Assembly: GCA_051971635.1 (NCBI GenBank)
Contig: JBFPLN010000006.1
Location: 64,001-128,000, forward strand
Length of the DNA stretch: 64,000 nucleotides
Origin: Candidatus Atelocyanobacterium thalassae
GTDB lineage: Bacteria > Cyanobacteriota > Cyanobacteriia > Cyanobacteriales > Microcystaceae
Direction: 5' to 3'
Position numbers and translations under genes: made by a program. This document shows positions 9,941-22,631 of the stretch, piece after piece (the first letter of the stretch is position 1; the number at the start of each line of letters is the position of its first letter). The notes under the pieces are model-generated. The model made no database searches. It was not told where the DNA came from and saw only the letters and a program-made list of their open reading frames with translations.

Positions 9941-11398
9941 ATGACTAGTTCTTATATTCTAGTACTATCGATTCTCATTTTAGGAGGCTTAATTGCAGCA
10001 TTAGGCGATCGGTTAGGAAGTAAAGTTGGTAAAGCCCGACTTACTATCGGTAATCTTCGTCCCAAGCAAACAGCTGTTGTCGTTACTGTTTTAACAGGAA
10101 CTTTAATAGCAGCTTCAACATTTGGTATTTTATTAATTTCTAGTAAATCTTTAAGAGATGGTCTTTTTCAGCTTGACAAAATTCAAAAACAATTACGTAT
10201 CGCTGAAGCTGATCTAGAAAGACTAGGTATTGATAAAAAAAACACTGAAAAAGAATTGAGAAAGGTGAAAAGTGAACAATACGCTGTCGAAAAAAAATTA
10301 GAGATGACTATTAAGAACTTTAATACAGCTAAGCACCAACTTAAATCGGCTTTCGATCAAGCCTTAAAACTCAGAAGTGATATACAAACTCTTTTAAGTG
10401 AAAGAAGAGAGCTTCGTCAAAATAAAATAGATCTTGATAGACAAATCAAGAAACTAAAACAAGAAATTACTAACCGAGATCAAGAACTGGGAAAAGGGAA
10501 AAAACAAATTATAGAGCAGACTAAAATTTTAAATGAACGACAAAGTCGGTTACAAAGCCTAGAGAAACGACAAAGTATTCTACAAGAAGAAATTGATAGA
10601 AGGGATGCTGAAATTATTCAACTTGATCAAGAAATTAATGGTAAAGATATCGCTCTAAAAAATAAGGAATCCCAGCTTAAACAATTAGAAAAAAAATCTG
10701 CATATCTTCAAAGACAAATGGCCATTCTAGAGCAATATTATCAAACTTATCAAGAATTGCGAGAACGAAAAATTGCTATTGTTAGAGGTCAAGTCTTATC
10801 AATTGGTGCAGTGCGCCTTGTAGTTTCTAAAGCTAGTACCCAAGTAGTTGATGAATTATTAAGACAAGCTAATAAAACTGCCATAGAGTTAATAGGTAAA
10901 AATACTATAGAATCAGATTATAGAGTAGTAAAAATCACTCAAAGCCAGGTTCAGCAATTAATTCAAGAGTTACAAGACAATCAAGAATATGTAGTCAGAA
11001 TTATTGCTGCAGGTAACTATGTTCAAGGAGAAAAAGAAGTTAGAGTTTTTGCAGATGTTGCTCTTAATCAAAAGATTTTTAGAAAAGAAGAAACAATCTC
11101 TGTTATTTCAATTGATTCCCTACAATTAACAGAAGAAGTAATACAACAAAAACTAGATTTGTTATTATCAGCAACTCAATTTCATGCTCGTCGTTCAGGA
11201 GTTTTAGGCGGAATACAAGTAGCGGATGGAAGACTAAAAACTTTAGTAGACTTTATTGAAAGTATTCGACAATCCGAAGTAGGATTAGATAAACTTAAAG
11301 CAATTGCTATGCAAGATACTAAAACAATTGGTCCTTTAAAGTTAAAACTTTTAGGCATAAGAGGAAGGGAAGTGATTTTAGAAACAAACAGTAGATAA
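9941..11398 (+). CDS. DUF3084 membrane-anchored coiled-coil protein
   Basis: GGLIAALGDRLGSKVGKARL..LRPKQTA N-terminus, long coiled coil; usual neighbour of ntcA. Confidence 0.85.
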   Translation: MTSSYILVLSILILGGLIAALGDRLGSKVGKARLTIGNLRPKQTAVVVTVLTGTLIAASTFGILLISSKSLRDGLFQLDKIQKQLRIAEADLERLGIDKKNTEKELRKVKSEQYAVEKKLEMTIKNFNTAKHQLKSAFDQALKLRSDIQTLLSERRELRQNKIDLDRQIKKLKQEITNRDQELGKGKKQIIEQTKILNERQSRLQSLEKRQSILQEEIDRRDAEIIQLDQEINGKDIALKNKESQLKQLEKKSAYLQRQMAILEQYYQTYQELRERKIAIVRGQVLSIGAVRLVVSKASTQVVDELLRQANKTAIELIGKNTIESDYRVVKITQSQVQQLIQELQDNQEYVVRIIAAGNYVQGEKEVRVFADVALNQKIFRKEETISVISIDSLQLTEEVIQQKLDLLLSATQFHARRSGVLGGIQVADGRLKTLVDFIESIRQSEVGLDKLKAIAMQDTKTIGPLKLKLLGIRGREVILETNSR

Positions 11399-11826
11399 TG
11401 ATTAAAAAAAAACCATTACCTATTCTAGGATTTGATCCTGGAAGAGATAAGTGCGGTATCGCTATCATTAATGAAGATGGGAAGCTTTATTATCATGCAG
11501 TTATTGAATCATTCAATGTTATTCGACAACTTAATTTTTTGCATGAAAAATTTTTTTTTAAACTATTAGTTATGGGAGATCAAACTACTTCTGGAGATTG
11601 GAAAAATCGTTTGTTAGAAGAGTTATTATTTTCGGTGCCTATAGTTATGATAGATGAAAGTAATAGTACATTAGAAGCTCGAAGTCGATATTGGCAGATG
11701 TATCCCCCAAATTTCATTGTAAGTCTTATTCCTGAAAGTCTAAGAGTTCCATCGCGTTCAATTGATGATATTGTTGCCATCCTATTAGTAGAAAGATTTT
11801 TCCAAACTAGTAAGAAACAAAAATAA
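11398..11826 (+). CDS. YqgF/RuvX-like RNase H-fold nuclease
   Basis: ILGFDPGRDKCGIA, DESNSTLEAR and DDIVAILL; TAATG overlap with the upstream gene. Confidence 0.85.
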   Translation: MIKKKPLPILGFDPGRDKCGIAIINEDGKLYYHAVIESFNVIRQLNFLHEKFFFKLLVMGDQTTSGDWKNRLLEELLFSVPIVMIDESNSTLEARSRYWQMYPPNFIVSLIPESLRVPSRSIDDIVAILLVERFFQTSKKQK

Positions 11827-11872
11827 TATATGGTAGGTAAATTTTATATAAAATTTACCTACCATATATTAT
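11823..11872. repeat. 50-bp perfect palindrome filling the yqgF-like/alaS junction; probable bidirectional terminator
   Basis: ATAATATATGGTAGGTAAATTTTAT|ATAAAATTTACCTACCATATATTAT; contains both stop codons. Confidence 0.9.
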
Positions 11873-14511
11873 CTAAGTAGTTGAATAAGTCTGTTTTTTG
11901 CAGCTAACAATGCCTCTTCTAATTTACTTGAGTTTTTTCCTCCTGCCTGAGCTAAGTTGGGACGTCCCCCGCCTCCTCCTTCACATATTTGGGCAATTTC
12001 TCCAATAAATTTACCAGCTAATATATTCTTATCCTTATAAATTTTTTTACTAAAGGCTGCTACGAGACTAACTTTATCTCCGGGAAGTGTAGATCCTAGC
12101 ACTATCGCTCCTTCTCCAATTTTTTGCAGTAACCTTTCAGCAGATTTCTGTAGTGCTTTTACATCCATATTTCCTACATTCGAAACAATTACTTTCAAGT
12201 CATCATCTAATAATTCTGCCGTATCTAATAACTTGTCAGATTTAACGATAGCTAACTCCTGTTGTATAATTTCTAATTTTTTTTGAGTATCTTTTAATTC
12301 ATTTTGTAGCGATGTAATACGATTTTGGATTTCTTCTGGCTTTATCTTAAGGTGATCACATAAATTTTTAACTATATTTTCCTTAATTTTAAAGTGTTCT
12401 AGGATTGTTGGTCCTGTAATAGCTTCTATACGTCTAACACCAGAGGAAATCCCACTTTGTGAAATTATTTTAAATAATCCAATTTCGGCTATATTTTCTA
12501 CATGTATTCCCCCACATAGTTCCATTGAAACTTCAGGAATATTAATAACACGGACTTCTTCTCCATATTTTTCTCCAAACATGGCTATAGCACCCTTTTC
12601 TTTTGCAACCTTCAATGTCATAGTTTTTACTTTTACATTATGCTTTTCAGAAATCCAAAGATTGATAGTATTTTCTATTTGTTCTATTTGTTCTGGAGTT
12701 ATTTGATAAGAATATTGAAAATCAAATCTTAATCTATCAAAAGTAACTAATGATCCTGCTTGCGTAACAGAATTATCTAGAATTTTTTTTAGAGCAGCTT
12801 GTAATAAATGAGTTGAAGTATGATTCAGTTTAATTTGGTGACGATAATCATCTTCAACAACTGCATTGATAGCTTCGTTAATACATATACATCCTTTCTT
12901 CACCTCTCCAGAATGAAGAAAAATTCCAGACTCTTTTTGAACATCATCAATTCTGACAAATGAATCTTGTCCGATTAAATGACCATGATCACTTACCTGA
13001 CCACCTGACTCTGCATAAAATGGAGTTGCATCAAGTACAATTTGAATATAATCTCCCTTTTCTGCTTTTTGAACAGTTTCTTGATTAATGAAGATTTTTT
13101 TAACTACAGCTAATGAAGTTAAATTAGAATAACCAATAAATTTCGTAGCAGCTATATCCTTTATTAATTTATTTATTCCGCCTTCTGTAGATAAATTGAC
13201 AGTTTCATGTGCTGCTTTTGATCTAGATTGTTGTAATTTCATTTGTGCATGAAACTCATTAACATTAACCTCTAGTTGGCTCTCTTCTGCAATTTCTTGA
13301 GTCAATTCTAGAGGAAATCCATAAGTATCGTATAGAGTAAAAGCATCTAAACCAGAAATTTGACTAGGCTTTTCAAGCTTATCAATTATTTCAGATAACA
13401 ATTTTTCCCCTCTTTCTAAAGTCTTAAGAAAAATGTCTTCTTCTTTCTCTAACTCTTTATTAATGAAAATTTCTTTTGTTCTAACTTCTGGATAGGAATC
13501 CTCCGAAATCTGAATTGTAATTTGTGCAATTTTGTTAATAAATTTTCCCTCGATTCCAATTAAACGCCCATGCCGAATAACTCTACGAATTAAACGACGT
13601 AATACATAGCCTCTATCTGTATTAGAAGCCGTAACACCGTCAGATAACATGTGAATAACGGCTCTAATATGATCTCCAATAATTTTTAGAGATCTTTTTA
13701 CCTTCTCTTCTGCCTCCATATAATCAATCGTAATTATATTTGAAACAGATTTAATTATTGGAAAAATTAAATCTGTTTCATAATTATTTGGTACTTTTTG
13801 TAATATTTGAGCCATACGTTCTAAGCCCATTCCTGTATCAATATTTTTTTTATCTAAAGGCAATAAAGTACCATTACTGTCACGATTATATTCCATAAAT
13901 ACAAGATTATAGAATTCAATGAAACGAGAATCATCCTCTAAGTCTATATTTTGCTCTCCTAACTCAGGATAGAAATCATAATACAATTCTGAACAAGGAC
14001 CACATGGACCAGTTTCTCCTGCTTTCCAAAAATTATCTTTTTCTCCCATTCTTATGATTCTCTGTTTAGGAATACCGATTATGTTTTCCCAAATATTAAA
14101 AGCTTCATCATCATTTTTAAAAACGCTAACAATGATATTACGTGGAGGTAAAAGAAAAATTTCAGTAGATAGCTCCCAAGCCCATTTTATTGCCTGCTCT
14201 TTAAAGTAATCTCCAAAACTAAAATTACCTAACATCTCAAAAAAAGTATGATGTCTAGCTGTATAACCTACATTGTCAATATCGTTCGTGCGAATACATT
14301 TTTGAGAAGTAGTAACACGAGAAAAGCTGGATGTTTCTTGACCAAGAAAAATAGGCTTGAAAGGTAACATCCCGGCTATTGTTAAAAGAACAGTTGGATC
14401 TGTTGGTATTAAAGATGCACTTGGAAGAATCTGATGCTTTTTTTCTTCATAAAATTGAAGAAATTTATGGCGTATTTGATTTCCAGTGAGGAAAGGTGGA
14501 GTTGTGATCAT
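11869..14511 (-). CDS. alaS: Alanine--tRNA ligase
   Basis: TIAGMLPFKP, RHHTFFEMLGNFSFGDYFK, editing-site HTSTH and ELCGGIH, GGGGGRPNLAQAGG. Confidence 0.98.
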   Translation of the reverse strand: MITTPPFLTGNQIRHKFLQFYEEKKHQILPSASLIPTDPTVLLTIAGMLPFKPIFLGQETSSFSRVTTSQKCIRTNDIDNVGYTARHHTFFEMLGNFSFGDYFKEQAIKWAWELSTEIFLLPPRNIIVSVFKNDDEAFNIWENIIGIPKQRIIRMGEKDNFWKAGETGPCGPCSELYYDFYPELGEQNIDLEDDSRFIEFYNLVFMEYNRDSNGTLLPLDKKNIDTGMGLERMAQILQKVPNNYETDLIFPIIKSVSNIITIDYMEAEEKVKRSLKIIGDHIRAVIHMLSDGVTASNTDRGYVLRRLIRRVIRHGRLIGIEGKFINKIAQITIQISEDSYPEVRTKEIFINKELEKEEDIFLKTLERGEKLLSEIIDKLEKPSQISGLDAFTLYDTYGFPLELTQEIAEESQLEVNVNEFHAQMKLQQSRSKAAHETVNLSTEGGINKLIKDIAATKFIGYSNLTSLAVVKKIFINQETVQKAEKGDYIQIVLDATPFYAESGGQVSDHGHLIGQDSFVRIDDVQKESGIFLHSGEVKKGCICINEAINAVVEDDYRHQIKLNHTSTHLLQAALKKILDNSVTQAGSLVTFDRLRFDFQYSYQITPEQIEQIENTINLWISEKHNVKVKTMTLKVAKEKGAIAMFGEKYGEEVRVINIPEVSMELCGGIHVENIAEIGLFKIISQSGISSGVRRIEAITGPTILEHFKIKENIVKNLCDHLKIKPEEIQNRITSLQNELKDTQKKLEIIQQELAIVKSDKLLDTAELLDDDLKVIVSNVGNMDVKALQKSAERLLQKIGEGAIVLGSTLPGDKVSLVAAFSKKIYKDKNILAGKFIGEIAQICEGGGGGRPNLAQAGGKNSSKLEEALLAAKNRLIQLLR

Positions 14512-14707
14512 TATGGAATATTTATTTTAATTTGTTGATTGTTATATTGTTGCATTTTGTGGATGAATATTAAAAATATACTATTATTCTTAAGTGTTAG
14601 GATGATAAGTATTAGTATTATTTCAAGAACTTTATTAGTACAATTAAAGTGCTGACATCCTCGTTAATTATATTAATATTGTTTTTTAATGTTAATTACA
14701 CTTAGTT

Positions 14708-15130
14708 ATGTCTCCTTTACCTCAATATCGTCCTCAAAAACTTTCACTAGGATCCCTCGAAGCTGAAATTTTGGAAATTCTTTGGGATCTTGAAAAGGCT
14801 ACAGTTAAACAAATTCATGATCATATTTTATCTGATGTAGAAAGAGAATTAGCTTACGCTTCTGTTACGACAGTTCTCAATCGTCTCACTAAAAAGGGTT
14901 GGTTAAAATGTTGTAAACAAAATAAAGCGTTTTCCTGGGAACCTCTCGTATCTCGCGAAGAGACGAATACATTACGAGCTTGTGAGCAGTTACAACAATT
15001 TCTTGCTATTATTAGTAGTCCTGATATGGTTGCTTCATTTGCAGACAGTTTAGATACTACTAGCCTAGAACGTTTAGAATTAATTGCTGCAAACTTACAA
15101 GAAATTCGTCGACAAAGGGAGGTGAAATAG
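14708..15130 (+). CDS. BlaI/MecI/CopY family transcriptional repressor
   Basis: LGSLEAEILEILW...ELAYASVTTVLNRLTKKGWL winged helix. Confidence 0.9.
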   Translation: MSPLPQYRPQKLSLGSLEAEILEILWDLEKATVKQIHDHILSDVERELAYASVTTVLNRLTKKGWLKCCKQNKAFSWEPLVSREETNTLRACEQLQQFLAIISSPDMVASFADSLDTTSLERLELIAANLQEIRRQREVK

Positions 15131-15132
15131 CT

Positions 15133-15984
15133 ATGCACATACTAATGATTTTATTAGTTTTAGCTTTTGCTTTCGGAATTAGACTATTTTATCCTTCCAA
15201 TTTTATGGGAATGAGTCGCTGGCAAATTTCTCTTATAACTTTCACTGTACCCCCTTTACTAATTGTGGTAACAGCCGTCTCAATTATTTCAATGGGATAT
15301 GATGGCGAAATGTTGGGTTTACCATCAAGCCGTCTTAGCTACTCGACATCAATAGTTTTCTTAGGTATTGCTCTAACACAATTTATTAAAATTACTTTTC
15401 AGGGTTGGAATTCTATCAAGACAATTAGAAACTATCCTAAACAAATTATTAATAATCAATTGGTAAGAATTGTTGAACTAGAGTTACCTTACAGTGCACA
15501 GATTGGATTTTGGAAACCTGAATTAATTGTCAGTAGTGGTCTATTGCAATCTCTAGATTTGGATCATTTAAAAGCCGTTATTGCTCATGAAGAAGCGCAT
15601 AGAAATTATCATGATACTTTCTATTTTTTTTGGTTAGGTTGGTTAAAAAATATTAGTTTTTGGTTGCCAAATACAAACATAATTTGGGAAGAATTATTAT
15701 TACTTAGAGAGATCCGTGCAGATCAAAAAGCTACTCAGAATATTGATCCTCTCCTTCTCGCAGAATCTTTACTTATTGTAGCCAGAAAGATGAATGTAAT
15801 AGCTGAGGATATTTCTACTAGTTTTGTAGAGGCATATTTTCATAATATGAATGCTGATAGTAGACTCGAAAAGCGAATTAAAGCGTTATTTAATATATCA
15901 GAAAATTTAGAAAATGACAGTTCTCATTTGAATTATGTTCTATTGGCCTTATTGCCATTACTTTCTATCCCTTTCCATAACTAA
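15133..15984 (+). CDS. M56 (BlaR1-like) membrane metallopeptidase without extracellular sensor domain
   Basis: N-terminal TM helices, GFWKPELIVSSGLL, HEEAH zinc motif, REIRADQ; 2 nt downstream of the BlaI-like gene. Confidence 0.85.
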   Translation: MHILMILLVLAFAFGIRLFYPSNFMGMSRWQISLITFTVPPLLIVVTAVSIISMGYDGEMLGLPSSRLSYSTSIVFLGIALTQFIKITFQGWNSIKTIRNYPKQIINNQLVRIVELELPYSAQIGFWKPELIVSSGLLQSLDLDHLKAVIAHEEAHRNYHDTFYFFWLGWLKNISFWLPNTNIIWEELLLLREIRADQKATQNIDPLLLAESLLIVARKMNVIAEDISTSFVEAYFHNMNADSRLEKRIKALFNISENLENDSSHLNYVLLALLPLLSIPFHN

Positions 15985-16032
15985 CAATCAAAGATACTAT
16001 TTAATCTATTCTTTACACATAAGGCTCATACA

Positions 16033-16072
16033 TTATAGTGTTATTTTCTTATCTTAAAAAATAACACTATAA
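16033..16072. terminator. Hairpin between convergent M56 peptidase gene and ligA
   Basis: 15-bp perfect arms TTATAGTGTTATTTT / AAAATAACACTATAA. Confidence 0.65.
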
Positions 16073-16111
16073 AAGTTAAAATAGTTAATATCATAACAAT
16101 TAAAGTCGCGA

Positions 16112-18229
<2,118 letters not shown>

Positions 18230-18501
18230 CTAAATATTATTTATTAATACTAGAAATATTTTAAAAAATGTATTAATCTTAACAAGCGTTATTGAAATAT
18301 ATTAGGTTTAAATTTTGATAATTTTAACCTGTAGTAATTAATCAATCTTAATACTTTAAATAAGATAAAAATTATTTTTTTATAAAAATCGATTTATAGT
18401 TATCGTGGTATAAGACATATGAAATATAGTCAAGAAATATTTCATCCTACAACTTTTTATGTCATATCTAGAATTTTAATATTTAACATGAGTTAATAGT
18501 A

Positions 18502-19992
18502 ATGTTGAAGAAGAAAATAAAATTTAATAAAAAAATTGGGATTCTTGTTCCAGTATCATTATTGCTTTTCTTAGGAATTAGTAAAATATTTAAACAATTA
18601 ATAAGTAATCATCCTCAACAAAGGATATTAAATAATGTCATAGAAAAATATTCTTCTGGTTCTGTAAAGACCGTCATCTTAGAGCCAAAAATAGTTAAAG
18701 TTTTCTCGGAATTTGTTGGAACTATAGAAGCCAAAGATATATTAACTCTCAAATCAGAAATCAACGGAAAAATAAAAGAAATTTCAGTTACAGAAGGAAA
18801 CGTTATTACAAGAAATCAAGTAATAATGCAATTTGATTCTAATAATTTACAGGCTAAATTACTAGAATCTCAAGCTAAATTGACTAATGCAAAAGCTAGA
18901 TTACTAGAATTAGAAGCTGGAAATCGTGTTGAAGATCTTGAAGAAGCAAGAGCTAGGCTTAGAGGTGCAAAAATTCGTTTAAATAATACGATGATAGGAG
19001 ATAGTGTCGAAGAAATTGCCCAAACTAGAGCTCATTTAAAATCTTCAAAAGCTAGCCTTGAATTAGCTGAACAGCGAGTTACTAGATATAAAATGCTTAA
19101 AGAACAAGGAGTAATTTCTATTGATGATTATCAAGAATATATAACAATTTTACGTAGAGCAAGAGCTGATCTAGAACAAACTAAGCGACGTCTATCTCAG
19201 CTTAAAAAAAGACGTTTGGCTGATTTAGATGAATTGGCTACTGTCGTAGAAATGGAAATACAAAATTTACAGAGATTACAGGCTGGTCCACGAAAAGAAG
19301 TTATTACTCAAGCTAAAGCCAAAGTTATAGAAGCGAGTGCACAGCTTCAAACATCTCAAATCCATGTTCTTCAAGCTAATGTAGTGGCACCTATTACTGG
19401 AGTAGTAGAAGAAATTTTTACAAAAGTTAGTGATTACGTAAGAATAGGTGATCCTTTAATAAGTTTAATGAGCAATCATAGTTTAAATCTAAATTTTGCT
19501 ATTCCGTTAAAATATAGTTCTCAATTAGATATAGATTTACCTGTAGAAGTTGTAGATAATCTAGGAAGAATCCTTAGCGAAGGAAAAATTAACTTTATAT
19601 CCTCTAATCTTGTTAAAGACTCACAATCAATATTAGTAAAGGCTAGCTTTAATAGTCCAAACCAAGAATTTTTACATGGTCAATTTGTAAGAGTAAGAGT
19701 AATTTGGGAGAAAAAAAACAGTTTATTAATTCCGGCTAGTTCTGTATTTCATGCTGGAAAAGAAAAATTTGTCTTTATAGCTAAAAATAATAATTTAGGC
19801 GAAAGAAATTTGTCTAATGCAATAGCCAAAAGAGTTAAAGTTCAATTAAGTAACTTGCAAGGCAATAATTTTCAAGTGATTAATGGCTTAAATATTGGTG
19901 ATAGATTGATAGTATCCAAGACTAGCAAATTAAAAGATGGAAAATCTATTAGGCAACTCTCTTTTTATAAGGAAAAAACTATTAATAATTAA
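18502..19992 (+). CDS. RND efflux periplasmic adaptor (HlyD/AcrA family)
   Basis: N-terminal TM, lipoyl halves (SEINGKIKEISVTEG, VVAPITGVV), long alpha-hairpin, VINGLNIGDRLIV. Confidence 0.88.
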   Translation: MLKKKIKFNKKIGILVPVSLLLFLGISKIFKQLISNHPQQRILNNVIEKYSSGSVKTVILEPKIVKVFSEFVGTIEAKDILTLKSEINGKIKEISVTEGNVITRNQVIMQFDSNNLQAKLLESQAKLTNAKARLLELEAGNRVEDLEEARARLRGAKIRLNNTMIGDSVEEIAQTRAHLKSSKASLELAEQRVTRYKMLKEQGVISIDDYQEYITILRRARADLEQTKRRLSQLKKRRLADLDELATVVEMEIQNLQRLQAGPRKEVITQAKAKVIEASAQLQTSQIHVLQANVVAPITGVVEEIFTKVSDYVRIGDPLISLMSNHSLNLNFAIPLKYSSQLDIDLPVEVVDNLGRILSEGKINFISSNLVKDSQSILVKASFNSPNQEFLHGQFVRVRVIWEKKNSLLIPASSVFHAGKEKFVFIAKNNNLGERNLSNAIAKRVKVQLSNLQGNNFQVINGLNIGDRLIVSKTSKLKDGKSIRQLSFYKEKTINN

Positions 19993-20084
19993 AAAAGTAA
20001 ATTAAGTTAATGTAAATTTTCACTCTTAAAGTTAAGTTAACATAATAAACTTTTCTATAGTTACTGTTTTTAAATGTATATTTT

Positions 20085-20783
20085 TTATTGAGTTAATCCA
20101 TGCTTTAAAGCAAAACGAACCAGCTCTGTCCGGCTATTTGTCTCTGTTTTACCGAACAAACGACTCACATATTTTTCTACATTTCTAACACTTGTATTTA
20201 AACGAGCTGCAATTTCTTTATTCATAAGACCTTCTGCAACTAAATCCAAAACACTTTTTTCTCTTGGAGTTAAATCAATTTTAATAGATGGAGGTATTAT
20301 TGTTAAATGAGTCTTTTGTTGTCCTAATTGCTCTTTTAATCCTTTAATTTCTTGGGCTATTTCTTCTAACTTTATAGAGTCACTACCAATTTTTCCATTA
20401 ATTTTACGACGTTCCAGAAAGCTTTTAATAATAGCTTCTAATTCCTCAGGATCAAAGGGTTTTGGCAAATATACATCGCAGCCAGCGTTGTAACCCTTGA
20501 TTCGATCAGCAGTCATACCTCTAGCAGTAAGAAAAATCAGAGGAATAGTTTGCAAGCGAGTACTATGACGTATTTTTTCTAAAAATTGATATCCATCTAT
20601 TTCTGGCATCATAACATCAGAGATGATGATATCAGGAATTATTGTTTCCAGAAGCTTCCAAGCTTCTTTTGCATTATTTGCAATTTTTACTGTTAATTCA
20701 CCATCATATTCCAAGTATGTTTGTACGGACTCACATATGCTTGGCTCATCGTCAACTAATAAAATTATAGAAGAATTACTCAT
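20085..20783 (-). CDS. ycf29: NarL/LuxR-family response regulator, Ycf29/Rre1 type
   Basis: Receiver domain (LVDD, DVMMP, KPF) plus LTPREKSVLDLVAEGLMNKEIA...VRNVEKYVSRLFGKT..NSRTELVRFAL. Confidence 0.8.
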   Translation of the reverse strand: MSNSSIILLVDDEPSICESVQTYLEYDGELTVKIANNAKEAWKLLETIIPDIIISDVMMPEIDGYQFLEKIRHSTRLQTIPLIFLTARGMTADRIKGYNAGCDVYLPKPFDPEELEAIIKSFLERRKINGKIGSDSIKLEEIAQEIKGLKEQLGQQKTHLTIIPPSIKIDLTPREKSVLDLVAEGLMNKEIAARLNTSVRNVEKYVSRLFGKTETNSRTELVRFALKHGLTQ

Positions 20784-20814
20784 GATTTATATTTTACTAA
20801 TGCTATGAACAATT

Positions 20815-21129
20815 TTAATCTGAATGTTTATCGATAGAAATCACTTCAACTTCAACCGTTTCTTCTTCTGATGATTTTTTTTCTATACCTCGGTTTGGAT
20901 TTCTCCACTCTTCAAATATTATTTTAGTAAGCTCTGTTATTAATAGACTTAAAATAACAAAATCATCTATTTGTCCTATTATAGGAAAAAAATCTGGAAA
21001 GAAATCTAAAGGGCTTACAAAATAAACTAAAGTGCCTAATATTACCAACCAGCGATATTTAGTATTACGAATTAGAGACTTATAGTATTTATATATGGAG
21101 TGTAAAGAAAATTTCATTATATTAATCAT
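20815..21129 (-). CDS. YkvA/DUF1232 family small membrane protein
   Basis: YFVSPLDFFPDFFPIIGQIDD motif. Confidence 0.88.
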   Translation of the reverse strand: MINIMKFSLHSIYKYYKSLIRNTKYRWLVILGTLVYFVSPLDFFPDFFPIIGQIDDFVILSLLITELTKIIFEEWRNPNRGIEKKSSEEETVEVEVISIDKHSD

Positions 21130-21323
21130 ATTTAGTGTTTAAATATTAATTTAAAATATAGCCGTATGTACTGTGCTTACATAATTTAAGTATTAATATC
21201 AGGTATCTTAAATATATAAAACAATGATTCTCACATTAAAATTATCAAACAACTTTTATCCAATGATTGATAACTTTTCTTATTCAATATTAATTCTTGA
21301 GCTCAACTAAATGTTACTCGTTA

Positions 21324-22352
21324 TTATCTTTGCAGAGATTTGTCTTTCAAAAGACCAGTGAGTAGAGATGCAGGTGGCTTTTTGTAAGGCCAAGCAAAAG
21401 CATGTTGAAAAGCAAAATTTTGACATGCTTGTAGTTGATGAAAATCAATTACATCTTGAGTTAAAAGATTCTCAAATTCGAAGGGTAAACGTACATTATG
21501 CAGTCCTGCATTATCTGTACAAATTGCTATATGTACTCCTGCTTCAAAACAACGATCAAAAACCGTCTTCAATTCGTATAAATTATCTAAATTTCCTGTC
21601 TTTAAATAAGTCGTAGGACATATCTCCAGGCATTGATTAGAGCGAGCAATCATCGGCAGTAACTCTGGAAATCTCAAAGGTATTTGAATACCGTGACCAA
21701 TCCTCATTAGATATGGAAGAAGTTCAGGATAACATCCATCGGAAGTTTCATAAAGATGACCAGTTGTATTTAATCCCAGTGATCTCGCATATTTATATAA
21801 ATCTATAAATTCATCTAACCTTTCACCATAATGAGAGTCTCCTCCTGCAACATCAATAGCACAGACATAGTCTTTCATTTGAGCCGCTAGATCTACTATA
21901 GCCTTATTAACCTCGTAAGGTAACCGAGAATGCATACAAAGAATTTGGCTTATTACAATAGGGTACTCTTTTACTTGACTAGCTTTACCTACTATTTTGA
22001 CAATACTAGTCATAGCATCAATTCTTTCTGATTGCTCAAGGTACTGGGGAGTACGAAGATATGGAGTATATCTTAATTCTAGATATGCTAAGTGTTCAAA
22101 AATATAAGCTCCACGAATTAAACGATAAATAAAATAAGGGAGTGTTTGTTCTGTCTGAACGTTTTCTACTAGGGTATGTAATTCTAAATACTCATCTAAT
22201 GTTTTACGTTTACGTGTGTAAAACTCTTCAAAAACTGGATATTGAGGAAATTTTTGTGCCATTTTAGGGTCATGGCGTTTAAAATATCTCCAAAGAATAC
22301 GAGGAACTACTGATCCTCCTAAATGGCGATGTAGATCTGCATATAGTGCCAT
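21324..22352 (-). CDS. Adenosine deaminase family protein; start moved to ATG at 22352
   Basis: MALYADLHRHLGGS, GHLYE, RIGHG, EICPT and TDN motifs; GGAG RBS precedes the ATG at 22352. Confidence 0.85.
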   Translation of the reverse strand: MALYADLHRHLGGSVVPRILWRYFKRHDPKMAQKFPQYPVFEEFYTRKRKTLDEYLELHTLVENVQTEQTLPYFIYRLIRGAYIFEHLAYLELRYTPYLRTPQYLEQSERIDAMTSIVKIVGKASQVKEYPIVISQILCMHSRLPYEVNKAIVDLAAQMKDYVCAIDVAGGDSHYGERLDEFIDLYKYARSLGLNTTGHLYETSDGCYPELLPYLMRIGHGIQIPLRFPELLPMIARSNQCLEICPTTYLKTGNLDNLYELKTVFDRCFEAGVHIAICTDNAGLHNVRLPFEFENLLTQDVIDFHQLQACQNFAFQHAFAWPYKKPPASLLTGLLKDKSLQR

Positions 22353-22578
22353 AAAAATCTCCAAAGAATATATATTATGTTCTATCTTAAAACTATTAAG
22401 ATAAGGAATATTTTGAAATAATTCCACTAAAGAATAATGTTTGATCCCAATAATGGCTTAAATGATAAAAAAGTTCTATTTAGAATAGTCCTATAGTTAT
22501 TAAAGTTTAACTAGAGTATATAAGATTTTTAATAATTAACTTAATCAAAGGTTAGTACAAAATAATAAACTTTAATAG

Positions 22579-22610
22579 AAAGCGGTAGAAGTAAACACTT
22601 CTACCGCTTT
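22579..22610 (-). terminator. Intrinsic terminator of clpC
   Basis: 14-bp perfect arms AAAGCGGTAGAAGT / ACTTCTACCGCTTT, 4-nt loop, about 20 nt after the clpC stop. Confidence 0.8.
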
Positions 22611-22631
22611 AAAAACATCAAGTTTTTACTG

